64,000 nucleotides of DNA from Monocercomonoides exilis PA203 (lineage: Eukaryota > Protista > Preaxostyla), in the NCBI GenBank assembly GCA_001643675.2, contig LSRY02000031.1:682001-746000 (forward strand), given 5' to 3'. Below the pieces are notes generated by a model, which had not been told where the DNA came from, searched no databases, and worked only from the letters and a program-made list of their open reading frames with translations. The translations under genes were made by a program, and so were the position numbers. Shown here piece after piece: positions 22,229 to 34,900 of the stretch (position 1 is its first letter; every line of letters starts with the position of its first letter).

Positions 22229-25200
22229 TCTAAAAATTACAAAATATATTCAATTTTCAAATTGCATCATCAATAAAAAAAAGAAATCGATAAATATGAA
22301 CATTTTCATTTATCTTACAAAGGGTAATATCAACAGTGCCACAAACAATCGGTTTTGGTTTATAATAATTCCGTCCAGAATGTAGTATCAACAAAGTGTA
22401 TGATCTTATCCAGAAAAGCTGGAAAAGTCAATCTTTTTCTTCTGTTTGATCTAACCATAAGTTATTAAATTTTCGTTTAAATTTTTTTCTATTTCAGAGT
22501 TCTAATCAAATAATATTGGAATTCAGTTCAAAGAGGAATATATTGAAATGGAATTTAACAAACTACAAAAGAAACGCTATCAAAACTTCCAAATTCTTGT
22601 TAAGAAAAAATTTTAATTTTTTGCTTTGTTCTTGGATTCAGGAAGACAAGGATAATAATGTATTTGCAAACTTGACGTGATTTATTGGATGTTTATTTGT
22701 GTGCTTTTTGATATCGCTCAAAACTTATCGTAGCGTTGAAGAAAATGAAAGAATATAAAAATCAAAAAATGAAAAGATCTGGGCTAATAAAAGATTTGTT
22801 ATGTTAATCAATTGAAAGGGAAGGAAAAAATAATTGTCCGTATGATTAAATCACCAAAATTGTTGAAAGAATCGAAAAGATAATCATTCAAAGTTTTTCA
22901 AATTTCCAGTTCTTATGAAACAAAAACATCTCAGATTATTTTTGAACAATTTCATGAAGTTTTTGTAAAGTCAAAGCCATTTGATTTCAGTTGAATGGAG
23001 ATGAATTTGGAATGTTGCAAAGTCAACAATTGCACTGAGAATTATATTGAATAAATGCAGCTGAATCATCTTCATTTCTTTTAAAAATGGAAGATCATCA
23101 TTCAGAGAGAAGAAACTGATACGATAATTCAGATTATTTGTGATCAGAAGAAAGGGATCGATAAATATCTTATCACTTCTATGAAGATTCTTTTGCAATA
23201 TTTCTTTCCTCTTTGACAATCAATTTCATAATCTGAAAAAAAATACAATGTTCTAATGACTGGACATTTATTCAGATAGACCACAAACCCTTCGTTATTC
23301 TTTTATCCTCCTGTTTTCGACAAAAAATATTCTTAAACCCTGTCTATTTGTCAATTCGAAGAATTCATCACATTCTGCTTCGTCTTTGCTGAACAAACGT
23401 TCAGTCATACATAGGGCTCTGCAGTTGACGAATTTGTCAAAAAGTCTTCCAATCACAGTTCCAACATTTGAAGTTGATCCCCATTTGTTTCATCTCGATT
23501 TATCAATCATTCACACACACAAAAAAAAAGAAAGAAAGGAAAAAAAATTACTCATTAAATTGATATTTAGCTGAGATATTTGAATTGCATTCAATTTTTT
23601 CAACCATTATAGATGATTTGATTAATGTAAATACCAAATAAAACCTTGTTTTTGGAAAAGCATCGTTAAAGAAAGTGAAAGAACTATTTTGCCATTTCTT
23701 TGTGATGGAGCTACAGAATCAAAAAGGATTTTTAGAGGTGGACATTTTCCAAAGGAAGGAGTATTTTCAAATCATAATTCAACCAACTCAGCTCAACGAC
23801 ACGAACAAACACCATTCGGAAGAATGACAAAACATACAACACATAGTTTTTTAATTTATCCTCTTTAATTATCCAGCCAAATTGTCGCTTACAATGGAGT
23901 AGATGTCGATTTCATCCACAAAATACAGCATTTATCAGATAGCAACAAGGATGCACTTGAAGGCTCCACAATTTTTTGGCCAACATGCACTTGATGGTTT
24001 ATTCATTTGTTTGTCTTGCTTGGCGAAGCCAAAAGGATAATAGTGATTTCGACAGTTTCACAAAAATAACATTCAATTCAATCAAAGTGTTCATTTTTTG
24101 CTGAACACGCTCTTATTTTCATTGTTATTTTATAAAATTTATTGAAAACGCATTGGTTACTCTGAATTGAAATGTTAAGTTTGGAACACCACTTATCGAT
24201 TTCTTTGCATTTGTTGTGAGGTTTGAATTCTTTTTTCATTCATGATTTTCAATTAACTTTCACAATATCTTTCCATTTTTAGGCATTTTTGAACGATGCT
24301 TTTTGAAGTTGTATCATTATTTATTGAAATACATACAATTTTGTCAGAAAAGCGCTGACTTTGGAGAGATTCTGCGTTGGAAGGATTTGCTTGAGAAGAA
24401 CAGATAACATTAGAGTGCAAGGAAGAGAGCGAAGAACTAAAGAAGAAAATTGAAAAGAAAGTGAAAGGATAAGGTTCATGAGAAGAAGGAAAAGATGAAG
24501 GCAGGGCTAACGCAGAACAGAAAGCGAATAACAAAAGATTGGGAAAGAAGAAGAGTCAAATGGGGTAATTAGTATTTTGCAATGAGAATGTTTGGCTAGC
24601 AAAGAAGGGCTAATTGTGTTTGTGCTTGTTTGCAGATTAAAATTGATTTTTTTGAATGAAGAAAAATTTGAAGAAATGTGAAATATGAGAAATGATAGAA
24701 ATTGTTTTAATTTAAATTTTGGAAAATGCGTTTTTGAGTTTTAATTACAACACATTTTATTCTTTCATTTGGCTTTTTTAATCTTTTGTAATTTCTTCTT
24801 TCCTTTCTTTTTTAAAGAAAGTTCACATTGCATGTCCTCTCAACCGGAACAAAGGATTTCTTTGAAGGCATCTTTTCTCTGAAAAAAAAGCAGATGAGTA
24901 TTTTTGAATAACAAACATTGGCTGTTTGCATCAATTGGATAAATATGCAAAAATGAGAAGGAGCAAGAAAGAAGGGGACGAAAAAAGGAGAGGAACTCAT
25001 TCATATGCTTGGAAGGAAGAAGATAGAGAAGCTGAGTGAAAAGATGAAACAGAGGAGCATGTGAAAGGAAGAATGAAGAGGAAAAACGAAGAAGAAAAAA
25101 GTAAAGGGAAACGAGAGAGAGAGAAGAAAAGGAAGTGAAATTGTGGAATAGGAAGGAGGAAAAGATTAGAAATCTGTCAAAGGAGAAAGAGCAAATGAAG

Positions 25201-25969
25201 AGAAGATGAGAAGAAGAGGGAAGAGGAAGAAGAAAGAGAAGGTGGATGAACACTCGAAAGAACAAAAACAGAACGATGAAGAAAGATTGTCACCTTAATT
25301 TTTTTAAGTGAAGATTCTCACAACTGGCGAAGAAGGACTTGCCATTTAATTGTGTTGGGGGAGGAGACATTTGATAATTCAAAACAACACATTTTCAAAG
25401 AGTAATTTTTGAGGGTATGTATTTTGGTGTGGCATTTATTGTCTTTTGTGCATCAATTGGATAGATATTTCTGTTTGATGAGTTTCTTTTTTCATGTTCA
25501 ATATGATCTATGCCACAAACATTAGGAATACAACCTTTTCTGAGTAATGAAAGCTCTGTCTGATAAGATAATATTTGATTATTGATTCACAAGTGACGCA
25601 AGATTGATTATTATCTTTTTGTGCAATTTTGATTTAAACATGTTCCATATCTCCAGATTTTGCTTTTATTTTTGTTTAATATTTTACATTTTTTTTTCAA
25701 ACTTCACACTTTTGATTTTTTATTTTCTATTTTTTGTTTTTTGATATGAATTATTATCAATACTTCAGCAAATACCGATTCATACCCTGCAAGAACTGAA
25801 GAAATTGCGTGCCATGGAAGTGTCTTTGATGTTTTCCAGACGCTCTCAAAATGATTTCAGAAAGAAGAATTTTTTCTTTTTCAATTTGTGTTTGAAACAA
25901 TCATTAAGGGTCATTTTGATCATCCGGAAAAAAATAAAAGTTTTAAATCAAAATTGACTTTCATTCCGC

Positions 25970-28900
25970 ATGAGAATAGTTTTGTTCCTTTTTGCATGTT
26001 TGATTCTTGAGAAAACATTTGAATCACAAGATATCCGTGGAACAACCACATTTCAAAACAAAGGTATTCATTCGAATTGTTATTTTTTCAATCTTTTTCT
26101 TTATTCGGGTTCAGGCTATTCAAATGATGCACAATTTCAATCAAAGGACGATTACAATTACTTATTTGAACAGAAAACTTTGCCTAAAGCGAAAAGATTA
26201 CAGTCAGGAATCTCAACAGTGATTAATGCATTTTTTGGGTTCTCCAATTCTTCAATTGAACTCAAGAATTTGGCAATTGAACGTTCTTCCTCACAATTTT
26301 TGCTTATAACAGAAAAGTCGAGGATTATACTGGATTCCTGCATTTTACACCAAAATTATGTTTCACCGTTTCATCTTCAAAGTGGGTCAGTCTGTTTCAC
26401 AAACTTAAGTTTGATCATCCAAAAGAATCTTTGCCCTTCAAGCCTCATATTTTCATCTGATGATTCGAATTCTGCCATTTTAAGAGAATCCATGCTCTCA
26501 GACCTGATCGTTTCTTCTTCAGGTTATTTTCTGCTATCTGGAAAGAGCAGAATTGAACAGATAAATGGATGTGCCTTCAGAAATATGTCTGTGAAGACAT
26601 TCAAGAACATTGATGATCGAATGGAACATTCATGTTTTCGAAGTTCAATGGAGAACAACCTCATTTATTCGTGTGTGAATGTATTTGAAGGAGGGATCTC
26701 GAGTGGATCTTATTCTTCACACGAATTTGTCTGCAGAAACACGACAATAAGCAACGTGAAAAGAGAAAGAAATGTTCTTAAACCAGAAGAACAAAAGAAC
26801 ACAACAGAAAGTCAATCCTTTTCATTGTGTGAATGGGAAGATTGCACAGCCGAACAAGGAGGTGCTCTCTATGTTCATGACAATGAAAATGCGACTTTAA
26901 CTGTTGAAAATTGTTCGTTTTTAAGATGCAATGCTTCTTTAACAAGAGGAGGAGGAATATATGCCTTGAAAGTTGCTGAATGTACTGTGCTCCATTCAAC
27001 ATTCACCGAATGCACTGCAGCAGGAACAACAAATTACGGAGGAGGAGGAATTCAAAATGAACATGTTTATGTTCAATCACTTGTTGATGATTGTTCATTT
27101 TCAAATTGCTCGTCTGGAGAAGATGGAGGGGCAATTGATATGCGTCCGACAAAGACCGAAAAGCAAAAACCATGCATTATTAATTCCATTTTTATTAATT
27201 GCAGATGCAATTCTTCTAACTCTGGCACAGGCGGTGCAATTGAACATTGGGATTGCTTGGATCAAGTTATTGTCTCTAATTGTTTATTCTGCAATTGCAA
27301 TTCAATGTGTGGAGGAGGTGCTATTTCACAGTTAATAAATTCAGATAACAATGGGGTATTGTTATTTTACTGCTTTTTCCACAACAACACATGTGTAAAA
27401 GGTGGAAATGACGTTGCTCTCCACGACTCTTCTGAAAACAACATTGATTCAAGTTGCTACACAACAAGGAAAACCGAAAACAGAGTGACTACAAGTTACT
27501 ACTCTGTAATGGATAAAAGTGAATGGCTTCGAAATGAAGGTGGAAGAGTGAGATATGTTTCTTCAACTGATACAGAACCAAATTCCATTGACACATATGC
27601 ATGCGGGCTGAATGAAAGCTATCCATGCAGAACAATCAGCCATTGTCTCACTCAACTTATTCCAGACTTCGTGAAGGAAATAGAGATACTCACAGGTGCA
27701 ATCACAGAGGCAAAAAGTGTTGATTGTGGTGCAATTTCTTTCACAATATATGGCCAAGATGGTTTAAGCACAACAGTGCAGACAGAATTAGAGGCACCTG
27801 GCTTGTCTCTTTTTTCAATATCATCAGGTTCATTGACTCTCAGGGATTGTATTCTTGTGCATGATCTAACACGCTCAAATAATCGTGGGTCAAGGCTGTT
27901 TGAGATAAGTGGAGCAGGAAAAATACATATTAGAAGATTGAACATATCAACAGGAAGTGGGCAATCATCAGAAACAGCATTCACAACAGAACTGATAAAT
28001 ATTCAGAATGGTGTGCTTCAGATGGAAAATGTGAACTGGGCAAAGACGATTTCCACAAATTCATTGTTTTCGCTTTCTTCAACAAATGAGATTTCATTGG
28101 AACTTTCTGAGTGTACATTTGATGGGATTGAGAGAACAACGAGCGGAGCAGCAGTGATATCGTTTTCCAGTGACAAGGCAAGCATCGATTTGAATTCGAG
28201 CATATTTGCAGGATGCGGAAGCACAACATCAGCCAACGGAGGATCAGCGATGCTGAACGTTGGAGAAGCGAATGAAGTGAAAGTGAAAGGCGGGTCTTTT
28301 GACGGGTGTTTTTGCTCTGCATCGTACGGACTAGGTGGAGGAATTCTTCTTCAATTCTTGAATGAAAATCCTGACTTCCTGATCTCCTCTTCATTTGGAT
28401 CAAACACAGCCAAGTGGGGAAGAGATATCTTCGTCTTATCACCAAATCTGGAAACAGTTGCGCAATTCAGAAAAATATCATCAGTAAATGCATCGTTGGA
28501 TTCATTTGACAAAGTGCGAGGATATGACAACGGAAATACGAGCGTGGCCATTCCTCTGTGCATCTATCTCCTTCCCAATCCAACAGAAATATATGTGAGT
28601 AATTCCGAAGCATCAAACCATTCTCACTGTGGAATTGTCCAATTCCCTTGTTTGACCTTAAAGCATTCTCTTTCAAGGTTATCAGGAACAAAGAAAGTTG
28701 TTGTGAATGGAATGATTCAGATGAGCGATGAATTAGTTTTTGCTGAACAGAAGCATGAAATCCGAGGAAATGATGAACAGAGTGGTTGGACAGTCTCTGA
28801 TTCAAGTTCATCGTTAAACTCAGCGATAATTTCAGCAAGTGTTGAAACAGCCTTATCGATTCTTATCTTCTCTCTCCCATCTTCCCTTCCTCTTCACTCA

Positions 28901-31900
28901 ACTTTCATTTCGTCTTCTTCTTCGTTGAAGCTTTCTCAGTGTTCTCTTTCTCTTCAAGATCCTTCATTTGAATTGGAATTGACATTCTTGTCTGAAGAAT
29001 CTGGGATCTTAACGATTGACACATTCTTGGTTTCATCAGTTATTTTTGGAGGAAGCCCATTGATCTCTGTATCTGGAGGCAACACAGAAGCGAAATTGAA
29101 AAGAGCTCGGCTGAATGAAATTGAAACCAGATGTTCATCGGGATTGATTGAAGTGAAGAACAAGGCTTCTCTTCAAATGAGTGATTGTGTTGTTTCTTCG
29201 GTTACTCCATCTGAAAGAACAACATCATCACGTTTGATCTCTTCCACAAGTGCCAAGAAAATAGAAATCATTCGAACAGACATTTCAAACTTTGCAGTCA
29301 AAGACAAAAATGGGGGAGCAGTTGAATGCACACTTGAGAGTGGTTGTTCTTTTGTGTTTGAAGAAGGAAGCATGAGCTCGTGCAAAAGTGAGGAAGGGAG
29401 TGGGGGAGGGTTGTGGGTGCAAATGAAAAGTGGATCATCTCTCAGCATTGGCAATGTGACAGAATCCCTTTCAAACAATGATTTTGGAAATGAAGAAGAG
29501 AAAAAAGCGTGTTTTTCTCATTGTGAGGCAACATCAAGCGTTGATGGGAGGAAAGGATTGGGAGGAGGGATATATATGTGTCTGGATGATGGAGCATCAG
29601 ATTTTGTTTTGAAGAGGGTGCAATTTGAAGGATGTTCGGGAAGGAAAGGAAAAGATGTGTTTCTGGAAGCCGATGATTTGAGTGTTGTGACAAACTCAGA
29701 GACATTTTGTTTCGATATTGATGTGAATGACTTCCAAAAGTTGAATGGGTTTGAGCGATCAACAACGAATGAAGAGTTTGAAATACCGCTTGTTGTGTAT
29801 CTGTGGAACAACTTCACCACTCCTTGCCATGTGGGTGGGCAAGAGACACATGACTTCAGTGGATGCGGGCATGTTCAGATTCCGTGCAATACAATCACCA
29901 AAGCAGTTGGGTTCAGATTTTCAAACAAAAAGAAGTCGATCAAACTGGTTTCACCGTTTTCATTTGGAGAAGAGTTGAAAATGGAAACAGATGAGTGGAG
30001 TGTGATTGGAGAAGGAAATGCCACAAATTATGGAGTTGCTGAAGGAATTGCGGGAGCTCAAAGAGGGTTGTTCGAGACGCACATTCAAACCGCATTTAGT
30101 GAAGTGGTTTTTTCTCTTGAAGAAAGGATAGGAACATACGAGTGTGTTTTCCATTGTGTTTCTAATAAACTGACAATTCGGGATTGTGGGATTGTTGGAT
30201 GTGAAAATGAATTGAGTGTTTCGTTTGTGAAAGTGGAAGGAGGTGAGGCTGTGATGAACAATCTGTTTGGGAATGCAATAAGATGGCAGACAAGTGCAAT
30301 CATTGCAGAAGGAAGAAGCGGAGGTTTCTCTTCAGTTGAAATTGTGGAAAGCAATTTCTCAGGAAGTGGGGAGCAGAATGGATGTTTGGTTGAAAGCAGA
30401 AATGCAAAGTGTTTGAGCCTGACGAAGTGTAAGGCAACATCATTTGTTCGATCAACTGGAAATGGAGGAAGTATTAGTGTTGACAACAGCAATAATGAAA
30501 ACGAAAACACACAAATAAATATTGAAGAGTGTGATTTTGATGAGTGCTCAGTGTTGGCTGATGGAGGCAGGGGAGGAGCTGTTTTTGTGCAGATGAAAAA
30601 GAATACTCAAGTGAATATTAATTCTTGTTCATTCACAGGATGTGTAGCACCAGCTGGAGAAAACAAGAATGGCTTTGGAGGAGGGATGGTTTTGAAGCTG
30701 ATTGATGGCGATCCTTCGTTTGTGATCTCATCCCCCATTTTCGAGGAAGACAAGCCTAATGTTGCAAGACATGGAAATGACATTTTTATTGAATCATCCA
30801 ACTTGACAAAGAGCATCACAAATGCATCTCTTCCGTTTGTGTCTGAGAATATGAATGATATTTCCTTGGATTCATTGAGAGGATTCGATGGGAATGATAA
30901 AGAAAATGCCATTCCACTTGTGTATTTCTGGCGAGGATTTGATTCAACGATATTTGTTGGGCGAGAAGGAAAAGATGTGTGCATATGTGGGCTTTCAGAT
31001 TATCCCTGCCTTTCAATCGATCATTCGTTGGACAGGTTGTCCAAAGGAAACGAAAGAATGATCAGCATCATTGAGAAGGCTGTTCTTCAGAAGAGTGTTG
31101 ATCTCAATGGAATCTGGATAAAATCTGAAGATACAGGAGAGTGCTCTTTGGAGTGCCTTTCTTCGATTGAAGGGGCTGAGGAAGCAGTGATGAAGATCCG
31201 AGGAATCACCAAGTTCGAGCTGATTAACTTTGTTGTTCCATCTTCATTCTCAAATGAAGCCAATGTTTTAATGTATATTGGCTCAAGTGAAGGATTGCTG
31301 ACTCTGAAAGACTGCTCGTTTGCAAAAAAGGAAGACGATGGAGAAGATGCGATTAACTTTGGGCTGATCAAGGCAGATGGAGGAAAAATTGTTTTTGACT
31401 TGGTGTCTGTCCAGTTTTTATGCTTTTCACAAGACGTTGTTTCAGTTCTATCATCGGCATGTGCAACAATCAAAAACCTGACGATGAAGAATGTTGAGCT
31501 GGAAGGAGCAAGCGGGTTGACCATATCAAAGAATTCAAGCAGAGAAAGCAGAGAGAAAAATGAAGCTGAACAAGATGTTGTTATTGAGTGGAGCATATTC
31601 GAAGAAGTTAATCAGAACACAACAGATGACATTCCCATCATTCGAAATGACGGTGATGAGCCATTGAAAATGGTGATGCGAAACACAACGATGAAGAGAT
31701 GTGGAGGGTTGAAGTGTGGAAAGGGAGGTGCGATGTTTCATGCGTTGAATGAAGGAGGAAGCTTTGATTGCTCGTTTTCGACAATTTCTGAGTGCTTCTG
31801 CTCAACCACAGGAAGAGGTGGGTGGCTGTTTCTGGAATGCACCTCGACAGCTGAGCAGCCTCTGAACTTTGTGTTATCAAATATCACATTCAAAGACAAT

Positions 31901-34900
31901 TTTGCATTGAGAGGGAGAGATGTGTATGTGAGATGTCACTCAATCGAAAAGCAAATAGTTGATGAACAATTCTTGCTGGATTTCAGGGCACCATTTGTCA
32001 AGGAACTGGCAATGTGGGGATGCACAACAGACTCGTTTGAAGGAGAAGAGGATCTTTTATTGAGAGTGAAGATATTTCGGAGTGAAACGATATTTGTGTC
32101 AGCTGTTATTGACAACCATGAAGACAGCAGGGAGTGTGGTGTGTTTGAAGCGCCTTGCCGGTCATTGAGTGAAGGGATGCACCACATCATTCCATCACTG
32201 TTCTCACAGCTATTGATCTTGAGGCAAACGGAAATTGTTGGAAAATGTGCTGCACACGATGTGATAATCCGCTCCCTGGAAGCTCCTTCAACTGCCTTAG
32301 TATTTTTGAACTCAACAATTGTTGATGATAATGATGATGGAAGTCTTATCGCAGCCTCGGAGAATGTTCGGATTGAAAGATTGAAGTTCAACTTTGGCCA
32401 GTCGTTTTCATATTCAGGCAATTCTATCATTCATGAAGCAAATGGACAGCTTTCTCTTTCATATGTTGATTTCTCTTTTGTTGGAGAATCAGAAAACATT
32501 GAAGCTATTGTTCTCAATTCAACATTGTTGAGCATTGAAAAGGGGATTCTGCATGTTGATAACTGCACGATAACAATGCTTTCATTCAAGAAGCCTTCCT
32601 TTCTGTTGGGAGGAGATGAGATAAATATCAATAATGTGAGACTGGAAAAAGTTGAGGCAATTTCAAATGTGTTTGAGACTGGCAATTGTGGAAGAATTGT
32701 GTTGAATGGAATTGATGTTGATGGAGTGAAGCTGTCTGAAGGTTGCATCATTTCAATAAACAGTTCAACTTCAGGAACACTATCTGTTGGAAGCTCCTCA
32801 TTCAATAATTGTTCAAGAAAATCTGAAGGACCTTCTATTTTATCTGCTTTTACAACTTCGACAAAAATTATTCTTTCCAATTGCTCTTGCTCAAACTGCA
32901 ACTCTCAATCTGACAAAGGAAGTGCAATGGAAGCGAACAATGCGACGAATGTTCTCATGAACTTGTGTGAATTTGAAGGAATGGTTATGAAAGGAAGTGA
33001 AGATGATAATATGAATACAATAAAGGATATCTGTCTGTGGAATGGATCGCTTGTCCACTCAGAAAATGCTTCATTGATGATGAAGGATGTTTCAATTTCG
33101 AATTCTTCGTCAGGAGGATTATCAGTATCTTCCAGCAATGTGACTGTCGAAAAAGGAGAATTCCTTCACAATAATCCATTCATTGATAAATATCCCTCTC
33201 TTCGTCGAAATATTATTTGTTCTGATTCTGGAGCATTGAATGTTGTGAGTTTGAAAGGAGGAGATGGAGTGAAAGATAATTCTTCACTTTGGATTCTGAA
33301 TGAAGGATGCAATTTTGAGGGAATTATTTCCGAGAGGGCATCTCCATTCTTCATTCCAGTGCTGGAGAGTGTTGAAACAAAGGAAGAGGGAGAAGAAGTG
33401 GAGATTGTGTTCAAAGGGAAGGAGCTGCTGCCATGCGACTTGTCATTCATGGTTGTGAGGCAGATGGGAGAAGAAAAGCAGATTGAGAAGCATGAGTTTG
33501 ATGAAAGTGGATATGTGTCAGAGACCGAAGTTGAAGGAAGACAGCCAAAAGAGATGATAACGGAAGCAGGAGAAGAGGTGGAAGTGAGTGTGTGCATTCT
33601 GTTTGGAGAAGGAAATAATCCATCATCAACAGATTCTTTCATTCTGAAGAACAAGAGCGAATCAAAAACAAATGGAGAAGGAAAGCTTACTGAAGGAGGA
33701 AAAGAAGGGAAATCGTATTGGTTATTGATTGTTATTATCATGGCATTTGTTCTTCTAATCATTCTAATTGTGGCAGTGATATTGGCTGTTAGATGGAGGA
33801 GACAAAAGAGAAGAACAGAAGAATTGGAAGAGATTGTGAATGACACAGTGAAAAAGGATCCAAAGGCATTTGAGATGGTGACGATGGAGATGTCACCTGA
33901 AGAGCAATGGAGGAGAGCAGAGAGGGAAGCAGAGAAGAAGAATGAAGAGAGGATAAAGAAGAGGGTGTATGAGAAAAGCTTGGGACATTCAGAGTCATCG
34001 GAACATCTTCTTTCTGAGAGTGGCTCAACAGAATACATTCTTGGAAGAGATTCAGACAAGATTCCTGATTGGGCTCTTGAGAATGTTGAAGAAGAAGAGA
34101 TTCTAAAGAGATCACCTTCGCCTTCCATTTCATCCACTTCAACAACTGATTCAGATTCAACATTTGTCCGAGGGGAGGATCTGTGTCCGACCACCTCATC
34201 GATGTCAAACCTGGTGGATGCCATGGCCTGCTCGTCTCCTCATGAGAAGCTGATTGTGGATCTGAGGGATTCGCTGTTCATGCTGCTTCATGGAAGGAAT
34301 GCGAAGAAGGAGATGGCGATTGGCTCGTTGAAGGAGAGGGAGCAAACAGCAGCACAGGTGTTGTTCTGGGTGGCGAATGGAGCACTCCACTCGTTTGACG
34401 AGATGGAAAACCCACTTCAGTCATTGGCCAATCTGAGCCCACACATTGTTCTGTTCTCAGAACACATGGTGATCTGTATTGTGATGCACTCTGACTTATT
34501 GTCAGATGATGATTCAGATTCATCCTCCATCTCGTCATCAACAGTTGTGACATCTGCCAGTGATGGTGATGATGATGATGATGATGACTCCCTTCCCTCA
34601 TCAGCATTTGAAGAGGATGAGGATGCCTTCAGAAAGGAGTGCCTGAGGTGGAAGGCACCCGAGCTGCTGATGAACAAGAAGATGGGGGCGAGGAAGGAGT
34701 CGGTTGTGTTCTCGATTGGGATGATGTTGTGGGAGTGTGTGACGCTGGAGATCCCGTTTGGGGAGTATGAGGGAGTGGTGGCAGGGCAGAAGATAGTGAA
34801 AGGGGAGCGGCCGAAGGTGGAGAAGATGGGAGGGAGCAGTCTTCGGGAGTTGGAGGAGAAGTGTGTGGTGCAGGGGTGGGATGAGCGGGTGACATTGGGG

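Noticed and set aside
22950-24110. Two stop-free plus-strand stretches (about 23640-23870 and 23878-24104) that look exon-like
   Set aside because: No start codon, family motif or reliable upstream exons could be identified.
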